From a virus, in the IMG/VR virus record IMGVR_UViG_3300032770_000001, positions 187,931 through 251,930 of that record: a stretch of 64,000 bases of DNA. One strand, 5' to 3'. Numbering within the stretch: the first letter of the stretch is position 1; the number at the start of each line of letters is the position of its first letter. The notes under the pieces were generated by a model, which saw nothing but the letters and a program-made list of their open reading frames with translations, was not told where the DNA came from and ran no database searches. A program made the position numbers and the translations under genes. This document shows positions 1 through 10,577 of this stretch, piece by piece.

Positions 1-267
1 ACGTAAAGGCGGTGGAGGAGCCGTCGCCTTGAATGGCTAAATTGATTGTGACGATTTGCTGGATTGACATTGTACCGCCCCTTTATAAAGGGGACGGGTA
101 GTCCGTCGATGGAACCAGCAATGCATGTGGGGACATCGGGGGAAGCAACCCACGTCGATTGAATGCCTTGGAAACCCCAACCAAAGAGTGATGTAGAACT
201 CAAAGCGACAGCAAAGCGGTATACGGGGTTGTTGCGGTCGAAAGCTGCTAAGGACGCTCACGAGCTA

Positions 268-1524
268 TTATAGCTTTTTTCGGGGCATGAAGTAATACCA
301 AATTCTTCCGGCACCCTTGCGGTGTCCGGGCAACAGTTCTTCTACCGCCTGAGTGACACCGGGAAAGTGTGGGTGTTCATAGTCATGTCCGCAGAGAAGT
401 CCGCCCGGTTTGAGCAATGGTTTCCACGCCTTGATGTCAGCTTTGACACCCTCGTAGTTGTGTCCGGCGTCGATGAATACCATGTCGAACTTCTTCTTTT
501 GCGTCTTCAGCTTTTTTGCAGCTTTGACAGAGCGCATCTTCATGGGAGTAAGGTTCTTTACTCCCTTCATATTCTTCATGAAGATTTCGAAGATTTTTGA
601 ACGGTCGAGATCGTTAGGTAATTGAGTGTCGGGTTCGCTTTCAAAGGACGCTTTGAAAGTATCAACAGCGATAACTTTTCCCGGCGTGTTGTCAGCCAAT
701 GCACGAGTGCTGCGTCCTAAAAATGAACCGATTTCCACGATGGCTTTGTGTTTTTTAGCCATCCGAGCTAACCACAAGAGTTCATCCAGTTCCATCCAGC
801 CCGTGATCTTTGCGGCTTTCATAATTCGTTCATCGACTGAAGGTTCCGGCCATGCCGCGAGATTCGCTCCCTGACATGGGTAAGAATCAAGGGGCAAGGT
901 GAAGCACGAGCCATCAATGTTCATGTGAACTGGAAGAACCCCACCATGTGCCATGATCTTAAACCCAGCATCGGAAACTTTCTTGCAAAAGTACAGGTCA
1001 TCAGTACCAGTTGCGCGGGTGACTTCACCATCCACAAAAACTTCATCGGGTTCATAGAACCACGGTTCGGGAATCTTGTCGAGGATGCTGGTGCGGATGA
1101 GCATACACCCGGTACCGATTCCCGCACATTCAAACACTTCACCGATTTTCCAACGGTAGAACGGGCCGCCTCCGAGAGTCTTGAAAACGATAGGAGCCGG
1201 GGGGTCTTCCTTGGTGCAGTAAATTCCACCTATTACGCCAATGTTGGGGTCTTTTTCCATTTCCGCGTGTAGCCAACGGATGGCAAAAGCGGGGATGGCG
1301 GTGTCATCATCGAGACAAAGAATAAATTCAGCGCCTATTTTCTTGGCTTCGTGGGCAAGGAAATTGCGGTTTTCAGCACGATCCGTTCCCTCTTTAACAA
1401 GCCAAGCGACTGACATCCCAACGGGGTAGGCTAGTCCGGTCAGGCTAATCGCCCATCGAATGTTCACCGGACGTTTAGACGAGGGTACACAGATTGCAAG
1501 ACCAGCTTTTGTGGGAAGAGCCAT
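268..1524 (-). CDS. Bifunctional glycosyltransferase family 2 / class I SAM-dependent methyltransferase fusion protein
   Basis: N-terminal half carries GT2 signatures (FILCLDDDTAIP, DPNIGVIGG, GTGCMLIR). C-terminal ~170 aa has class I methyltransferase motif I (VEIGSFLGRST) and FDMVFIDAGHNYEG...GGLLCGHDY (TylF/CmcI-like O-MTase fold). Last gene of the minus-strand structural block. Confidence 0.6.
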   Translation of the reverse strand: MALPTKAGLAICVPSSKRPVNIRWAISLTGLAYPVGMSVAWLVKEGTDRAENRNFLAHEAKKIGAEFILCLDDDTAIPAFAIRWLHAEMEKDPNIGVIGGIYCTKEDPPAPIVFKTLGGGPFYRWKIGEVFECAGIGTGCMLIRTSILDKIPEPWFYEPDEVFVDGEVTRATGTDDLYFCKKVSDAGFKIMAHGGVLPVHMNIDGSCFTLPLDSYPCQGANLAAWPEPSVDERIMKAAKITGWMELDELLWLARMAKKHKAIVEIGSFLGRSTRALADNTPGKVIAVDTFKASFESEPDTQLPNDLDRSKIFEIFMKNMKGVKNLTPMKMRSVKAAKKLKTQKKKFDMVFIDAGHNYEGVKADIKAWKPLLKPGGLLCGHDYEHPHFPGVTQAVEELLPGHRKGAGRIWYYFMPRKKL

Positions 1525-1542
1525 ACACTGTGTAATACTCGA

Positions 1543-4368
1543 TTATTCAAAGAAGAACACAGCGCAAACGCCCGTACCGCCAGCCGTGGTGTTCGAGGTT
1601 GAAGTTGCGTTAACCACAACCGTAATACCATTGCTGAAGTTCGCCAAAGCGTAAGAACCGGGCGAAATGTTCATCTGAGCACTGGTAGACGCACTGGACG
1701 GTGCCGGAATCGGGACCGAAAACAACCAAGTACCAGTGGTCAAACCAGTGGTCGTGCTGGTATTGAAGAAGTGAATGAACAACGTACCTGCCGACGTTGA
1801 TGTCGTTTGCAAGCTGATTGCCTGCACGCCATACAAGCTACCAGCCGAGTTCTTGATAACCGCAGATGCCGTGCTGTTGATGTACTTGGCTGTCAGTGAG
1901 CCTTGCGATACGGTTACCGGGGCGTGCGCCGTCCAAATGACGTTTGCCGGAGCCGCACCGGAGTTGACCGCAGCATCCACTGAAGCTCCAGCGTTGCCGC
2001 TGATGCCAACTTTCTGAACACCGGACGCAGCCGTGACTACGGTTGTTCCGTTCACCGATGCGAGGTCCTGACGCAAACCACCGCCAGTCGTCAGCGACAG
2101 GGCGTTGAACGTGGTTGTGCTATATGCTGGAGCCGCCGTTGTTACCCAGCCGCCCATTTGTGCAATAGTTGGAGGCTGCACTGTAGCAGCAACCAGACCC
2201 GTGAAGATCAGCGTGGGATCGTGGATTTCGTTAGCACGCAGGGTGCAGCTTGCCGTACCGCTGGTGAAGGCTGAAACGCGAACACGGTAGTTGGACGCAC
2301 CAGCCGCACCGATGATTGAGAAACTGGTAGCGGTGTTGGCAGAACCGAACACAATGCTGGGGACTTTGTTTCCAGTATCAAAGTACGTGCTTGTCCATGT
2401 GGTGCCGCCGTCAAACGAGACTTCCGGTACGATGGTGCCGATCAGTGTCCCAGCCGCCAAGAAACCGCCCACAGCCAAATAGCCGAAAGCGTTGATGGTT
2501 GCTGCGGCGTTGAGGGCATTCAGGGTTCCTGTGCTACCGACCAGATCAGCCAACGCCCCAGCCGAAGCTGTGATAGTTCCCGAATCTACAACAACGTGCA
2601 GGTTGCTGCCCGTCGCTTGTACGACTGTCGCATTAAGGTTCGCCGCAGTCGCTTGAGTAACGGTGTTTGTCCATGTGCCGGACTGAGTCGCAGCGACCGT
2701 TCCGGTGACTGTTGCGTTCAGGTTCGCTGCCGTCGCCTGAGACACTGTGACTGCGTTGGTGATGGTGGTTAGGGTTCCGATGTTCCAAGTGCCGCTTTGC
2801 GTGACTGCTGCGGTACCGCTGACCGCAACCGTGAAGGTGTCAACGCCCGTCGCTACGATTTGTGCACCACGAGCCGTCATCTGAGCATCGACGGTCTGTC
2901 CGTTCGTTACCGTGGGCTGCGTAGTATTGAATGCCCCGCCGATTTTGACAGGGTTCCCTGCGTTCGACGCACCGGAGGCGGAATCGCCAACCACTGTGAC
3001 GGGGTTGGTGACCGTGGTCAAGGTTCCGATGTTCCATGTTCCGGATTGGGCTGCCTGAACAGCAAACGTACCAGTGCCCACTACGGTAGCGTTCAGGTTG
3101 GATGCGGTCGCCTGCGTGACAGTGTTCGTCCACGTGCCAGATTGGGTGGTTGCGACCGTGCCTGTAATCGTTGTTGAAGCGAGGGTAACAGCCTGCGCAG
3201 ATGGGAAAATGACGTTGAGTTGTCCGCTGGAATTTGTAGACAAGCCTCGAACGTTAGTACCGTCGTAGCCGAGCGCAATGGTGCCGAGTGCGGATGAGGA
3301 TTGGGCACTGCCCATTGCAAACTGTGATCCGCCGCCGAAAGATGTGATCTGGTTACCGCTGGCATCCACGATAGCCGTTGCCATTGCCTTGGAGTTCGTG
3401 AGCGAGAAGCCTGTGACGCCGACAAGGTTTCCGGCGATGTTTACGCCCGTGTAGCTTGCGGAGGCTGGAACCGCCGAGCCTGTCGCCGAGGCTGCGGCGT
3501 TGCCACTAGAACCCGCTTTTACATTGACCAGCAAGTTGCCTGCGGAGTCCAATTGAAGTGGTGAGGCGTTACCGGAAGTAATGGTAGTTGGGGTCGTATT
3601 GAATTGAGCCCCGATCAGAATCGCGTTTGCTGGGGACGATGCATTCTGTCCCGCGAAATCAAGCACCGCACCGCCATTGCCGACGATACGCGAAGTCCAG
3701 TTGCCAGACTGAGTTGCTGCTATTGTTCCCGTGACCGGGAAAGTCCCACCCGTACCTGTTACTAACCAAGCGGTCGTATTCGCTGTGTTTCCCGGCTGAA
3801 CCGTCCATGTACCGCTTTGCGTTGCCTGAACCGCGAATGTGCCTGTCCCAACAACCGTAGCGTTCAGGTTGGCTGCGGTTCCCTGTGCAACCGTGAAAGA
3901 CCCGGTTCCAGCGTTCGCAGTAACGGTGCCGGAGACGGGCTGGGTGACTGCTGATCCATCCACCTTGAGTGCACCACCCGCTGAAATGCTAGCTTTGTTG
4001 GTGCCGCCACTATCAAGAAGCTGTGTCGCAGAAGAACCCACGACCGTAACGTTTGTGGTTTGCGTCGGCGATGAAGAGGTAGACGAGCCGGATGCAAATG
4101 TCAGATCAAGTTGGAACGTGTAGACGTTGGCAGGTAGTGGCGATGTTGTCGTAAGCGTGATATTGCCGTTCGCATCCGTCGTCACGGACGTGACAGGAAC
4201 CGGGGGGTTATTGGCAGAGATAGCAGTCGGGACTACACCCGCTCCACCGAATGGCACAGCAATGCCGTTGCTGAACTGATAGAGGTTCTGCAAGGCGAAG
4301 CTAAACGTTGAAGCTGCACCGTCACCTTTGAGGTTCAAATAAACCGATATTACCTGTTGAATTGCCAT
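1543..4368 (-). CDS. Repeat-rich tail fibre-like structural protein (941 aa)
   Basis: Thr/Gly/Ala/Ser-rich with recurring ~35-aa units (VTQATAANLNATVVGTGTFAVQAAQSGTW...). Repeat units shared with the adjacent 1779-aa gene; typical phage fibre/adhesin composition. Confidence 0.55.
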   Translation of the reverse strand: MAIQQVISVYLNLKGDGAASTFSFALQNLYQFSNGIAVPFGGAGVVPTAISANNPPVPVTSVTTDANGNITLTTTSPLPANVYTFQLDLTFASGSSTSSSPTQTTNVTVVGSSATQLLDSGGTNKASISAGGALKVDGSAVTQPVSGTVTANAGTGSFTVAQGTAANLNATVVGTGTFAVQATQSGTWTVQPGNTANTTAWLVTGTGGTFPVTGTIAATQSGNWTSRIVGNGGAVLDFAGQNASSPANAILIGAQFNTTPTTITSGNASPLQLDSAGNLLVNVKAGSSGNAAASATGSAVPASASYTGVNIAGNLVGVTGFSLTNSKAMATAIVDASGNQITSFGGGSQFAMGSAQSSSALGTIALGYDGTNVRGLSTNSSGQLNVIFPSAQAVTLASTTITGTVATTQSGTWTNTVTQATASNLNATVVGTGTFAVQAAQSGTWNIGTLTTVTNPVTVVGDSASGASNAGNPVKIGGAFNTTQPTVTNGQTVDAQMTARGAQIVATGVDTFTVAVSGTAAVTQSGTWNIGTLTTITNAVTVSQATAANLNATVTGTVAATQSGTWTNTVTQATAANLNATVVQATGSNLHVVVDSGTITASAGALADLVGSTGTLNALNAAATINAFGYLAVGGFLAAGTLIGTIVPEVSFDGGTTWTSTYFDTGNKVPSIVFGSANTATSFSIIGAAGASNYRVRVSAFTSGTASCTLRANEIHDPTLIFTGLVAATVQPPTIAQMGGWVTTAAPAYSTTTFNALSLTTGGGLRQDLASVNGTTVVTAASGVQKVGISGNAGASVDAAVNSGAAPANVIWTAHAPVTVSQGSLTAKYINSTASAVIKNSAGSLYGVQAISLQTTSTSAGTLFIHFFNTSTTTGLTTGTWLFSVPIPAPSSASTSAQMNISPGSYALANFSNGITVVVNATSTSNTTAGGTGVCAVFFFE

Positions 4369-4371
4369 CTG

Positions 4372-4815
4372 TTATTTCCCGCTTGCCGCAGCCATCGAAA
4401 CTTCTTTCCATTTACGAAGATAGTCAATGGCGCTTTGTAAAATTTCTAAGTTATCTACCGCAAAACCAATCATCCTGTTGCATCTCCGGCAAAGAAGCTG
4501 CCGAATTCTGCCCGTAGCATGGTCATGATCCACGTTTGGGTCTAACATTGGATCGTTGCATATTGCACAGCGACCTTGCTGCTCAATTATCATGCGGTCG
4601 AACTCTCCGGACTCGAAAGCATATTTCCAGTTCTTGCTCATTGTGGCTTTACAAGCTTTGCAAGCGTTCTGTAGGCCATCCTTCATGTGGCGATTTCTGT
4701 TAAAATTCTCTTCCACAGAAAGCAGTCGTGTACATGAAGAGCATCTTTTTAGTCCATTAGCAGACTGTGCTTCGCCCCTTACGGCTCTTTTATCTGTTTG
4801 CTTATTTAGACTCAT
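4372..4815 (-). CDS. Endonuclease VII-like HNH endonuclease (T4 gp49 family)
   Basis: Motif CAICNDPMLDPNVDHDHATGRIRQLLCRRCN matches the T4 Endo VII signature HLDHDH...G.VRGLLC..CN. Start taken at the internal Met so that ATGA overlaps the stop of the upstream giant gene. Sits between two fibre genes like a free-standing homing-type nuclease. Confidence 0.75.
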   Translation of the reverse strand: MSLNKQTDKRAVRGEAQSANGLKRCSSCTRLLSVEENFNRNRHMKDGLQNACKACKATMSKNWKYAFESGEFDRMIIEQQGRCAICNDPMLDPNVDHDHATGRIRQLLCRRCNRMIGFAVDNLEILQSAIDYLRKWKEVSMAAASGK

Positions 4816-7800
4816 TCTTCCGTCCACTCCACCCAGCAATCCCCTACCGGGGTTGTGCCTACCGCGCTGAGGCGAATACCAGCAAATTCACCTGTACCGC
4901 GAAGCACCAATCCTTGCTCGTTGTTGTCTCCGAATTTCCATTCGATTTCACCCGGTTGAACGCTGACCGCAGCGGTGACAATTTCGAAGCGTTTGGAGTT
5001 CAAGATACCCGCTGAAGTCGCCGTTGTTGCTGCCGCCGACCACTGGTTGACCACAGCCGTCTGTGCTGCATTGTTGGAGTCCAGTTTCGCAACGTTTGCA
5101 GCTTGTGAGTTCGGCGTGCCGCCCGTCAGAGCCGAATAACGAAGCAACTGGATATCGCAAATCGTACCAGTCGCAGCCGATGCACTGAAGACGATGCGCG
5201 TGATGCGGATTGTCTTAGTTGCACTTCCCGTAATAGAGACTGTGGGTGCAGTTGCCGAAGCAATTGGCGTGAAGGCAACAATACCTACGCGGTAAGTCTG
5301 CTTACGACCTTCTTGGTTGACGTACAGACCACCTGTCGAGTCCACCTGAATTGCCACTGTTTGTGCAGCGGTCGGGGCCGGGATGGTGGTGTTGTACTGA
5401 CCCAAAATTGCGAGGGCGTTAGTTGGCGCTGTACCTGCCGCGACCGTCCCATCGAGTGTCGCACCCGCGTTTCCAACGATTCGAGAAGTCCAGTTGCCGG
5501 ATTGCGCAGCTTGCACGGCGAAGGTTCCGGTGCCAACCACAGTCGCATTCAAGTTCGCAGCAGTTGCCTGCGAGACAGTGACGGCGTTCGTGATGCTCGT
5601 CAACGTGCCGCTGTCGAGCACAGTATGTAGGTTGGTTCCGGTCGCTTGAGCGACTGTAACGGTGCCCGTGACGGCAGTTGTGCTGCCGGAGTCTGCGATG
5701 ACGTGTAGTTGACCCGTGGTACTCGTCAAGAGCGCACGAAGGTTCGTACCATCCGTGCCGCCGATCATCAATGCGTTGGCAGGAACCGCAGCGCCCGTGG
5801 CTCCATCAACTGCCACACCAGTATGACCTGCGATACCGACCAAAGCCTGACCAGCGGTCCCAGTCGTGGTGAGTGCTGTTGTGCCGATATAGAGCGAGGC
5901 GTTGACAGGCAATGAACCCGCAACTGCACCCGGCCCTGTGCCGAATGTGCCGGATGGAACTGATTGGGTTCCGACAAAGATTGAAGCATTGACACCCTGT
6001 ACGCTGCCTGTGGGGGCGGAACCGAAAGTGCTCGGTACTGCCGTGAGTGCTGTACCAGCCACGGAAGTATGGTCAGTACGAACTGCACCCACCGTATTGA
6101 ATGAGAACGTGTTCTGCGTTGCCGTCACGTAGGTTGGGTTGGCGGTCGTGACTTGACCACCGACCTGAATCATGTTGGCAGGCTGCGAGCCGCCGATAGC
6201 GGCATCGAGCACTGCTCCAGTGTTACCTACGATGCGGGTTGTCCAGTTACCACTCTGGGTGACCGCAGCGGTGCCCGTGACTGAAATTGGCAGCGGGTTG
6301 CTGCTTGATACTCCGACGAGATTCCCACTGGAGTTGAAGCCGACGTAATCGGCATAGCTGGGAACCGGACTGCCTGTAGCTCCGTTAGAGGCGGCAGTAA
6401 ATGTGCCGCTGACGGAATTGACGTTGACTTTAAGAATACCGTTAACGTCGGTCTGGAGAGGCACCATTGTGCCATCCGTATAGGTCGGCGGGGTGAGGTT
6501 GTATTCTGCTCCGATTGCCGTACCGATGCCGGGGAATGCTGAACCAAAGTTCGAGGATGTACCGCCGCTCGCACCCGTTGCAACGATCTTTAGGTTGCCG
6601 TTAACGTCGAACTGGAATGGCCCTGTCTGACCGTTGGTAAATGTTGGAGCAACGGTATTGTAGACACCACCGACAATCGATGTGCTTGCAGGAGCCGTAC
6701 CCGGCGTCGTGCCAGTCATGTCGGAAGCGTCTTTCGTATTGAAGGTGCCCGTCCCAGCGTTTGCCGTCACAGTTCCGATGGCGTTTGAGCCTGCCGGAAG
6801 TGGCGTGTTCGGGCTGAGAGCAACGACCAAAGATGTGTCGGTTGTTTGTGCTGCTGTGGATACATCCTTGACCGTGGCTTTGCGCCAATAGTATTGCCCA
6901 TCCGAGATAGCTTGGTTATTGCGAGCCGTGTCACCGAGTCCGCAACCATCGACATGCAACTCTCCGGATGTGCCATTGGAGATGTTGATCGCGGTCATGT
7001 GCATCGTGCGATTGTTCGGCCCGAATGTCGCATTCGGTAAACTGGCTACGATGTTTTCCGCACGGTCGATAGCCCAGAACGCGGTTCCCACATTCCACCA
7101 CAAGTAGTAGATGTGGACATTCCCATCCATAGGCTGTACGTTAGTGCCGGAGGGAGAAAGGTCTGCAATTTGACTACGTGTAGTGCTGGTGCCGCTGTTA
7201 CCGGAATACAAGACAGCGTACAGGTTACCGTCGATACCGATTTCCCAACCGATACCATCGAGAACAGGCGTTGTCAGCGTCGGTGTCGCGAGCGTGTTGC
7301 CCAGACCCCAGAAACGATAGCTGTTAGTGGTGATCGGGTTATCCAGCACAACCCCCCACGTCATGCGCAAATGCGTTGGAGACAGGAGTGGGAAGAGTGC
7401 TTGACTTTGCAATAAGCTGTAACCATTGACGGTTGTTCCCGGTACAAGGCTGGTAAAGCGGATATCAATGCCGCCCGATGTCGGATTGCTGCCCCCACTG
7501 CCGGAGCCTACATTCCAACGGTTTGTGGTATCAAGCCCATTGCCGAAGAAGTCACTGAACAGTTGGCTAGCTTCTTGAGTAATGTTGAGTGCATTGAATG
7601 GAGAAACAGTTGCCGCAACGTCGTTAGTGCGGTACGGTCCGCTGAGTGAGAACGGCATCGGCTCATCGAACGAATTGGTGACTTCAAGACGATCTACATC
7701 GTTGAACCAAATCCAATCAATCGATATGGTCGTGCTTCCGGATGGGATGCCCGTATTTTGAATGTAAGCAACCGGGCTCATCTCCGTGTAAGGTGCAGGT

Positions 7801-10151
7801 AAATCGACAGAATTTGTGGCTACTACCGTATCGTCAATGGACAATTCAGCACGGTTGCCCGAAAGCCCAATGCGGTACTTATGGTCACCGAGAAAATTTG
7901 CTCCTCCATCGAAGTTAAATGGGGTGGACTCGATCTCCGTGCCGTTAGCCGTTGTGATGAAATTACCAACAGTCGGATCGGTTCCGGAGAATTGAATAAC
8001 GGCCTGCTCCATTGCGCTCGAACCGAATTGATCTTGCAACCCAAACGTAATAATCTGATTGGCGATGGCTTGATCGATGTTCAAATAGAACTCAATCACT
8101 AACGGTAGATAGTCGGCAAGACCCGCGACGATACCCGTGGTTGCTCCGGAGGAAACGCCGGAAGAAATGTTGACGCTGGAAGTAGAGACAGTGATGCTGC
8201 CGCCCGAACCTGTCTGTGAAGCGAATAGACCCGCGACAGCGGTTGAAGGTGCTGTCGTACCCTGATATGGTGAGGCTAGCGTTAGCTGGGTATCGCTGAT
8301 GACTTTAGCAACGACAACATAGTCGCTTTCCGGATCGGCGGATTTTTTGATCCAATAACCAATTTGGACTTCACTGGTAAAAGCTGTGCCGGAACCCGTA
8401 ATGTTAGTGCTGCTATTGGTGAAGTTCACCGTTCCGGTCAACGTGGCGACGAGACTAGACCCATTGAAATGGTCACGGAATGAACCCTCATCTGTGAAAA
8501 CTGCCCCGCGAACAGCAAACTGACCTGCTGCGTCCACGACGGGTGGTACGATTTGACCAGTAGAATACTGAGCGCCCAGATTCGGGAAGAATCCACTTAT
8601 CTGTGGCGTCTGTTCTGTGACAGTACCACTCACCACCCAAGGCGATGTTCCTTGGGTCGTCGTTACTGTTCCACTTACGGGAAGAGGAGTTTGATCGCTT
8701 GCAACGGTGACTGGCACAGAGGCAGACATTGTGGTCTGACCAAGGGCGATAGGAGTTCCGCCAATCTGCGCGATGTTCGTGCTCGCGTTATTGGGTGGGT
8801 TGACGGAAACTGCACCCCCAGCGGTGACTTTGACCGCTACATAGGAACTGCCGCCAGCCGTGTTGTGTCCGTAGAGTACCGACTGTGTGATCTGCGCGGT
8901 ATCCGTGTCTTCCGGTGCCTGACCGAGGAAGTTGCGATTGATCTGTACAGCAATAGATTGCAGAATAGTCTGCACGCGGAACGCAGTTTGTGGCGTAGCT
9001 CCGTTCGTGTAGACGATTCTGAAGTATTGCGCTTGGCGTCCGAACGGTACGGAAATGGCATCGCCAGCGGAAACCGACACGCTGCTGATAATGTCCCAGT
9101 TCGTGCCATCTTCGGAGAACTGGAATTGAAGCCCGTTGACAGCCGAATCTTGATCGCTAAAAACTGATGTACGAATGGAAGTGTACGGCAAGATATTCGT
9201 TGCTGTACCTGTGAACACCCCACCAGCACCGAGCGGGGTAGTAGTAGAATTGTTCGAGTCAACAACGCCGTCAGCCCCCACATCACCGCTGTCAACAATG
9301 ACATGCTGCGGCGTAGCGAAAGCGACTGTCGGGGTGTTTTGAACGAGAACTTTAAGTTGTCCGGTACTGTCGGTACTGAACACGCGGAGGTTCGTACCGT
9401 CGCTTCCGCCTACTTGTAGAGCATTGACCGGAGCAAGCGAGCCGGGGGTTCCATTGGAAATGTCCTCCGTGGTGAACGTGCCTGTTCCGGCATTCGCTGT
9501 AATCGTACCGCTGACCACCCATGGGCTGGTGCTTTGGGTAACAGCCACAGTCGCCGGAAGCGCATCGACAGTGACATGAAGATTGGATGGGTCAAGCTGG
9601 AAAACCTCACTGATATTATTTGCCTGACCAGCTTCGAGAGTGATGGTTGCCGTGCCCGTCCAAGGTGCGGACGTGCTGACGCGGAACATGTTCAACCCGC
9701 CAGCGTTGATCGCCCATTGACCGTTGGTGGTTGTGTTTGTGACTGCTGAACCTGTGGCGGGGAATCGCGGAAGAACGTAGGCCGGACTCCAGTTTGTGCC
9801 ATCGACCGAAGCCTCAAAATTCAGGGTTCCAGTCCATGTGCCAACGACATTAAACAGAATCGTTCCCGCACCTTGACCACTAATTGCGACATTCGATGGG
9901 CTGGCAGTGATGGTGCCTGTGACAATGCGGTCAGCGGAGGGGGCAGAAGATACAACTACGGGATGCGCAATTGTGCCAATGACATTTGACCCATCCCACA
10001 TCTGAAACTTGGCGGTGCCGTTCGTCAGGGTGGAATCCGAGGCAGGAGACACCACAGCACCAGTGATGTCGTATAGAGTAACGTGCGCTGCTTTGCTAAT
10101 CGGATCAATTGTTAATTGATCTGTCGAATTGCCCGATTTAATTATTGCCAT
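4812..10151 (-). CDS. Giant repeat-rich tail fibre / adhesin-like protein (1779 aa)
   Basis: Same repeat family as 1543..4368 (ATAANLNATVVGTGTFAVQAAQSGNWTSRIVGN..., LRVFSTDSTGQLKV, LRALLTSTTGQLHVI). Long Thr/Gly/Ser/Asn-rich beta-like sequence. Nucleotide-level repeats shared with the neighbouring gene. Confidence 0.55.
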   Translation of the reverse strand: MAIIKSGNSTDQLTIDPISKAAHVTLYDITGAVVSPASDSTLTNGTAKFQMWDGSNVIGTIAHPVVVSSAPSADRIVTGTITASPSNVAISGQGAGTILFNVVGTWTGTLNFEASVDGTNWSPAYVLPRFPATGSAVTNTTTNGQWAINAGGLNMFRVSTSAPWTGTATITLEAGQANNISEVFQLDPSNLHVTVDALPATVAVTQSTSPWVVSGTITANAGTGTFTTEDISNGTPGSLAPVNALQVGGSDGTNLRVFSTDSTGQLKVLVQNTPTVAFATPQHVIVDSGDVGADGVVDSNNSTTTPLGAGGVFTGTATNILPYTSIRTSVFSDQDSAVNGLQFQFSEDGTNWDIISSVSVSAGDAISVPFGRQAQYFRIVYTNGATPQTAFRVQTILQSIAVQINRNFLGQAPEDTDTAQITQSVLYGHNTAGGSSYVAVKVTAGGAVSVNPPNNASTNIAQIGGTPIALGQTTMSASVPVTVASDQTPLPVSGTVTTTQGTSPWVVSGTVTEQTPQISGFFPNLGAQYSTGQIVPPVVDAAGQFAVRGAVFTDEGSFRDHFNGSSLVATLTGTVNFTNSSTNITGSGTAFTSEVQIGYWIKKSADPESDYVVVAKVISDTQLTLASPYQGTTAPSTAVAGLFASQTGSGGSITVSTSSVNISSGVSSGATTGIVAGLADYLPLVIEFYLNIDQAIANQIITFGLQDQFGSSAMEQAVIQFSGTDPTVGNFITTANGTEIESTPFNFDGGANFLGDHKYRIGLSGNRAELSIDDTVVATNSVDLPAPYTEMSPVAYIQNTGIPSGSTTISIDWIWFNDVDRLEVTNSFDEPMPFSLSGPYRTNDVAATVSPFNALNITQEASQLFSDFFGNGLDTTNRWNVGSGSGGSNPTSGGIDIRFTSLVPGTTVNGYSLLQSQALFPLLSPTHLRMTWGVVLDNPITTNSYRFWGLGNTLATPTLTTPVLDGIGWEIGIDGNLYAVLYSGNSGTSTTRSQIADLSPSGTNVQPMDGNVHIYYLWWNVGTAFWAIDRAENIVASLPNATFGPNNRTMHMTAINISNGTSGELHVDGCGLGDTARNNQAISDGQYYWRKATVKDVSTAAQTTDTSLVVALSPNTPLPAGSNAIGTVTANAGTGTFNTKDASDMTGTTPGTAPASTSIVGGVYNTVAPTFTNGQTGPFQFDVNGNLKIVATGASGGTSSNFGSAFPGIGTAIGAEYNLTPPTYTDGTMVPLQTDVNGILKVNVNSVSGTFTAASNGATGSPVPSYADYVGFNSSGNLVGVSSSNPLPISVTGTAAVTQSGNWTTRIVGNTGAVLDAAIGGSQPANMIQVGGQVTTANPTYVTATQNTFSFNTVGAVRTDHTSVAGTALTAVPSTFGSAPTGSVQGVNASIFVGTQSVPSGTFGTGPGAVAGSLPVNASLYIGTTALTTTGTAGQALVGIAGHTGVAVDGATGAAVPANALMIGGTDGTNLRALLTSTTGQLHVIADSGSTTAVTGTVTVAQATGTNLHTVLDSGTLTSITNAVTVSQATAANLNATVVGTGTFAVQAAQSGNWTSRIVGNAGATLDGTVAAGTAPTNALAILGQYNTTIPAPTAAQTVAIQVDSTGGLYVNQEGRKQTYRVGIVAFTPIASATAPTVSITGSATKTIRITRIVFSASAATGTICDIQLLRYSALTGGTPNSQAANVAKLDSNNAAQTAVVNQWSAAATTATSAGILNSKRFEIVTAAVSVQPGEIEWKFGDNNEQGLVLRGTGEFAGIRLSAVGTTPVGDCWVEWTEE

Positions 10152-10154
10152 AGG

Positions 10155-10574
10155 TTATCCCACGATGTAGTTGAGCATGAACTTGTCGGACACGTACCCT
10201 TCCAAGCCAATCGCATATACCTCGAATTGTCCCGTTGAGCACTGACCGAACTTCAAATCGATTGCGTCCATCTCGAACTCATCTAAATCCTTACCCGTCG
10301 TCCCCACGTCATAGGCAATCTGCCCAGTGATGTGGGAGCCCGGTGATACAGCCGGATCAGAAATCATAAAAAGCATTTCACTCACAGGCAGTGTGCCGAA
10401 ATCAATCTGCACCTGTGTGACTTTATTCCCCGAACTCGGCAGCAACGACGGATCGATGGTGCCGCTCGGTGTCGTACTGACGATTACCTCAGACGCGGGT
10501 CCAGTTTCGGTCGCGATAACCTCTTGTACTTGCCCCGATACTGGATCACGTTCTAAATATTTCGGTGCTGCCAT
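10155..10574 (-). CDS. Small structural protein, paralog A (conserved N-term MAAPKYLERD..., variable C-term)
   Basis: First ~50 aa nearly identical to 10578..11078 (MAAPKYLERDxxSGxVxEVIATExGPAxEVxVSTTxxGTIDPSLLPxSG); C-terminal half unrelated. Likely tail-fibre tip or receptor-binding cassette. Confidence 0.45.
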   Translation of the reverse strand: MAAPKYLERDPVSGQVQEVIATETGPASEVIVSTTPSGTIDPSLLPSSGNKVTQVQIDFGTLPVSEMLFMISDPAVSPGSHITGQIAYDVGTTGKDLDEFEMDAIDLKFGQCSTGQFEVYAIGLEGYVSDKFMLNYIVG

Positions 10575-10577
10575 CGT

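Noticed and set aside
37-261. 74-aa minus-strand ORF at the window edge
   Set aside because: Low-complexity Cys/Arg-rich sequence with no motif or start context. The region may instead hold the 3' UTR of the GT2-MTase gene or the end of an upstream gene outside the window.
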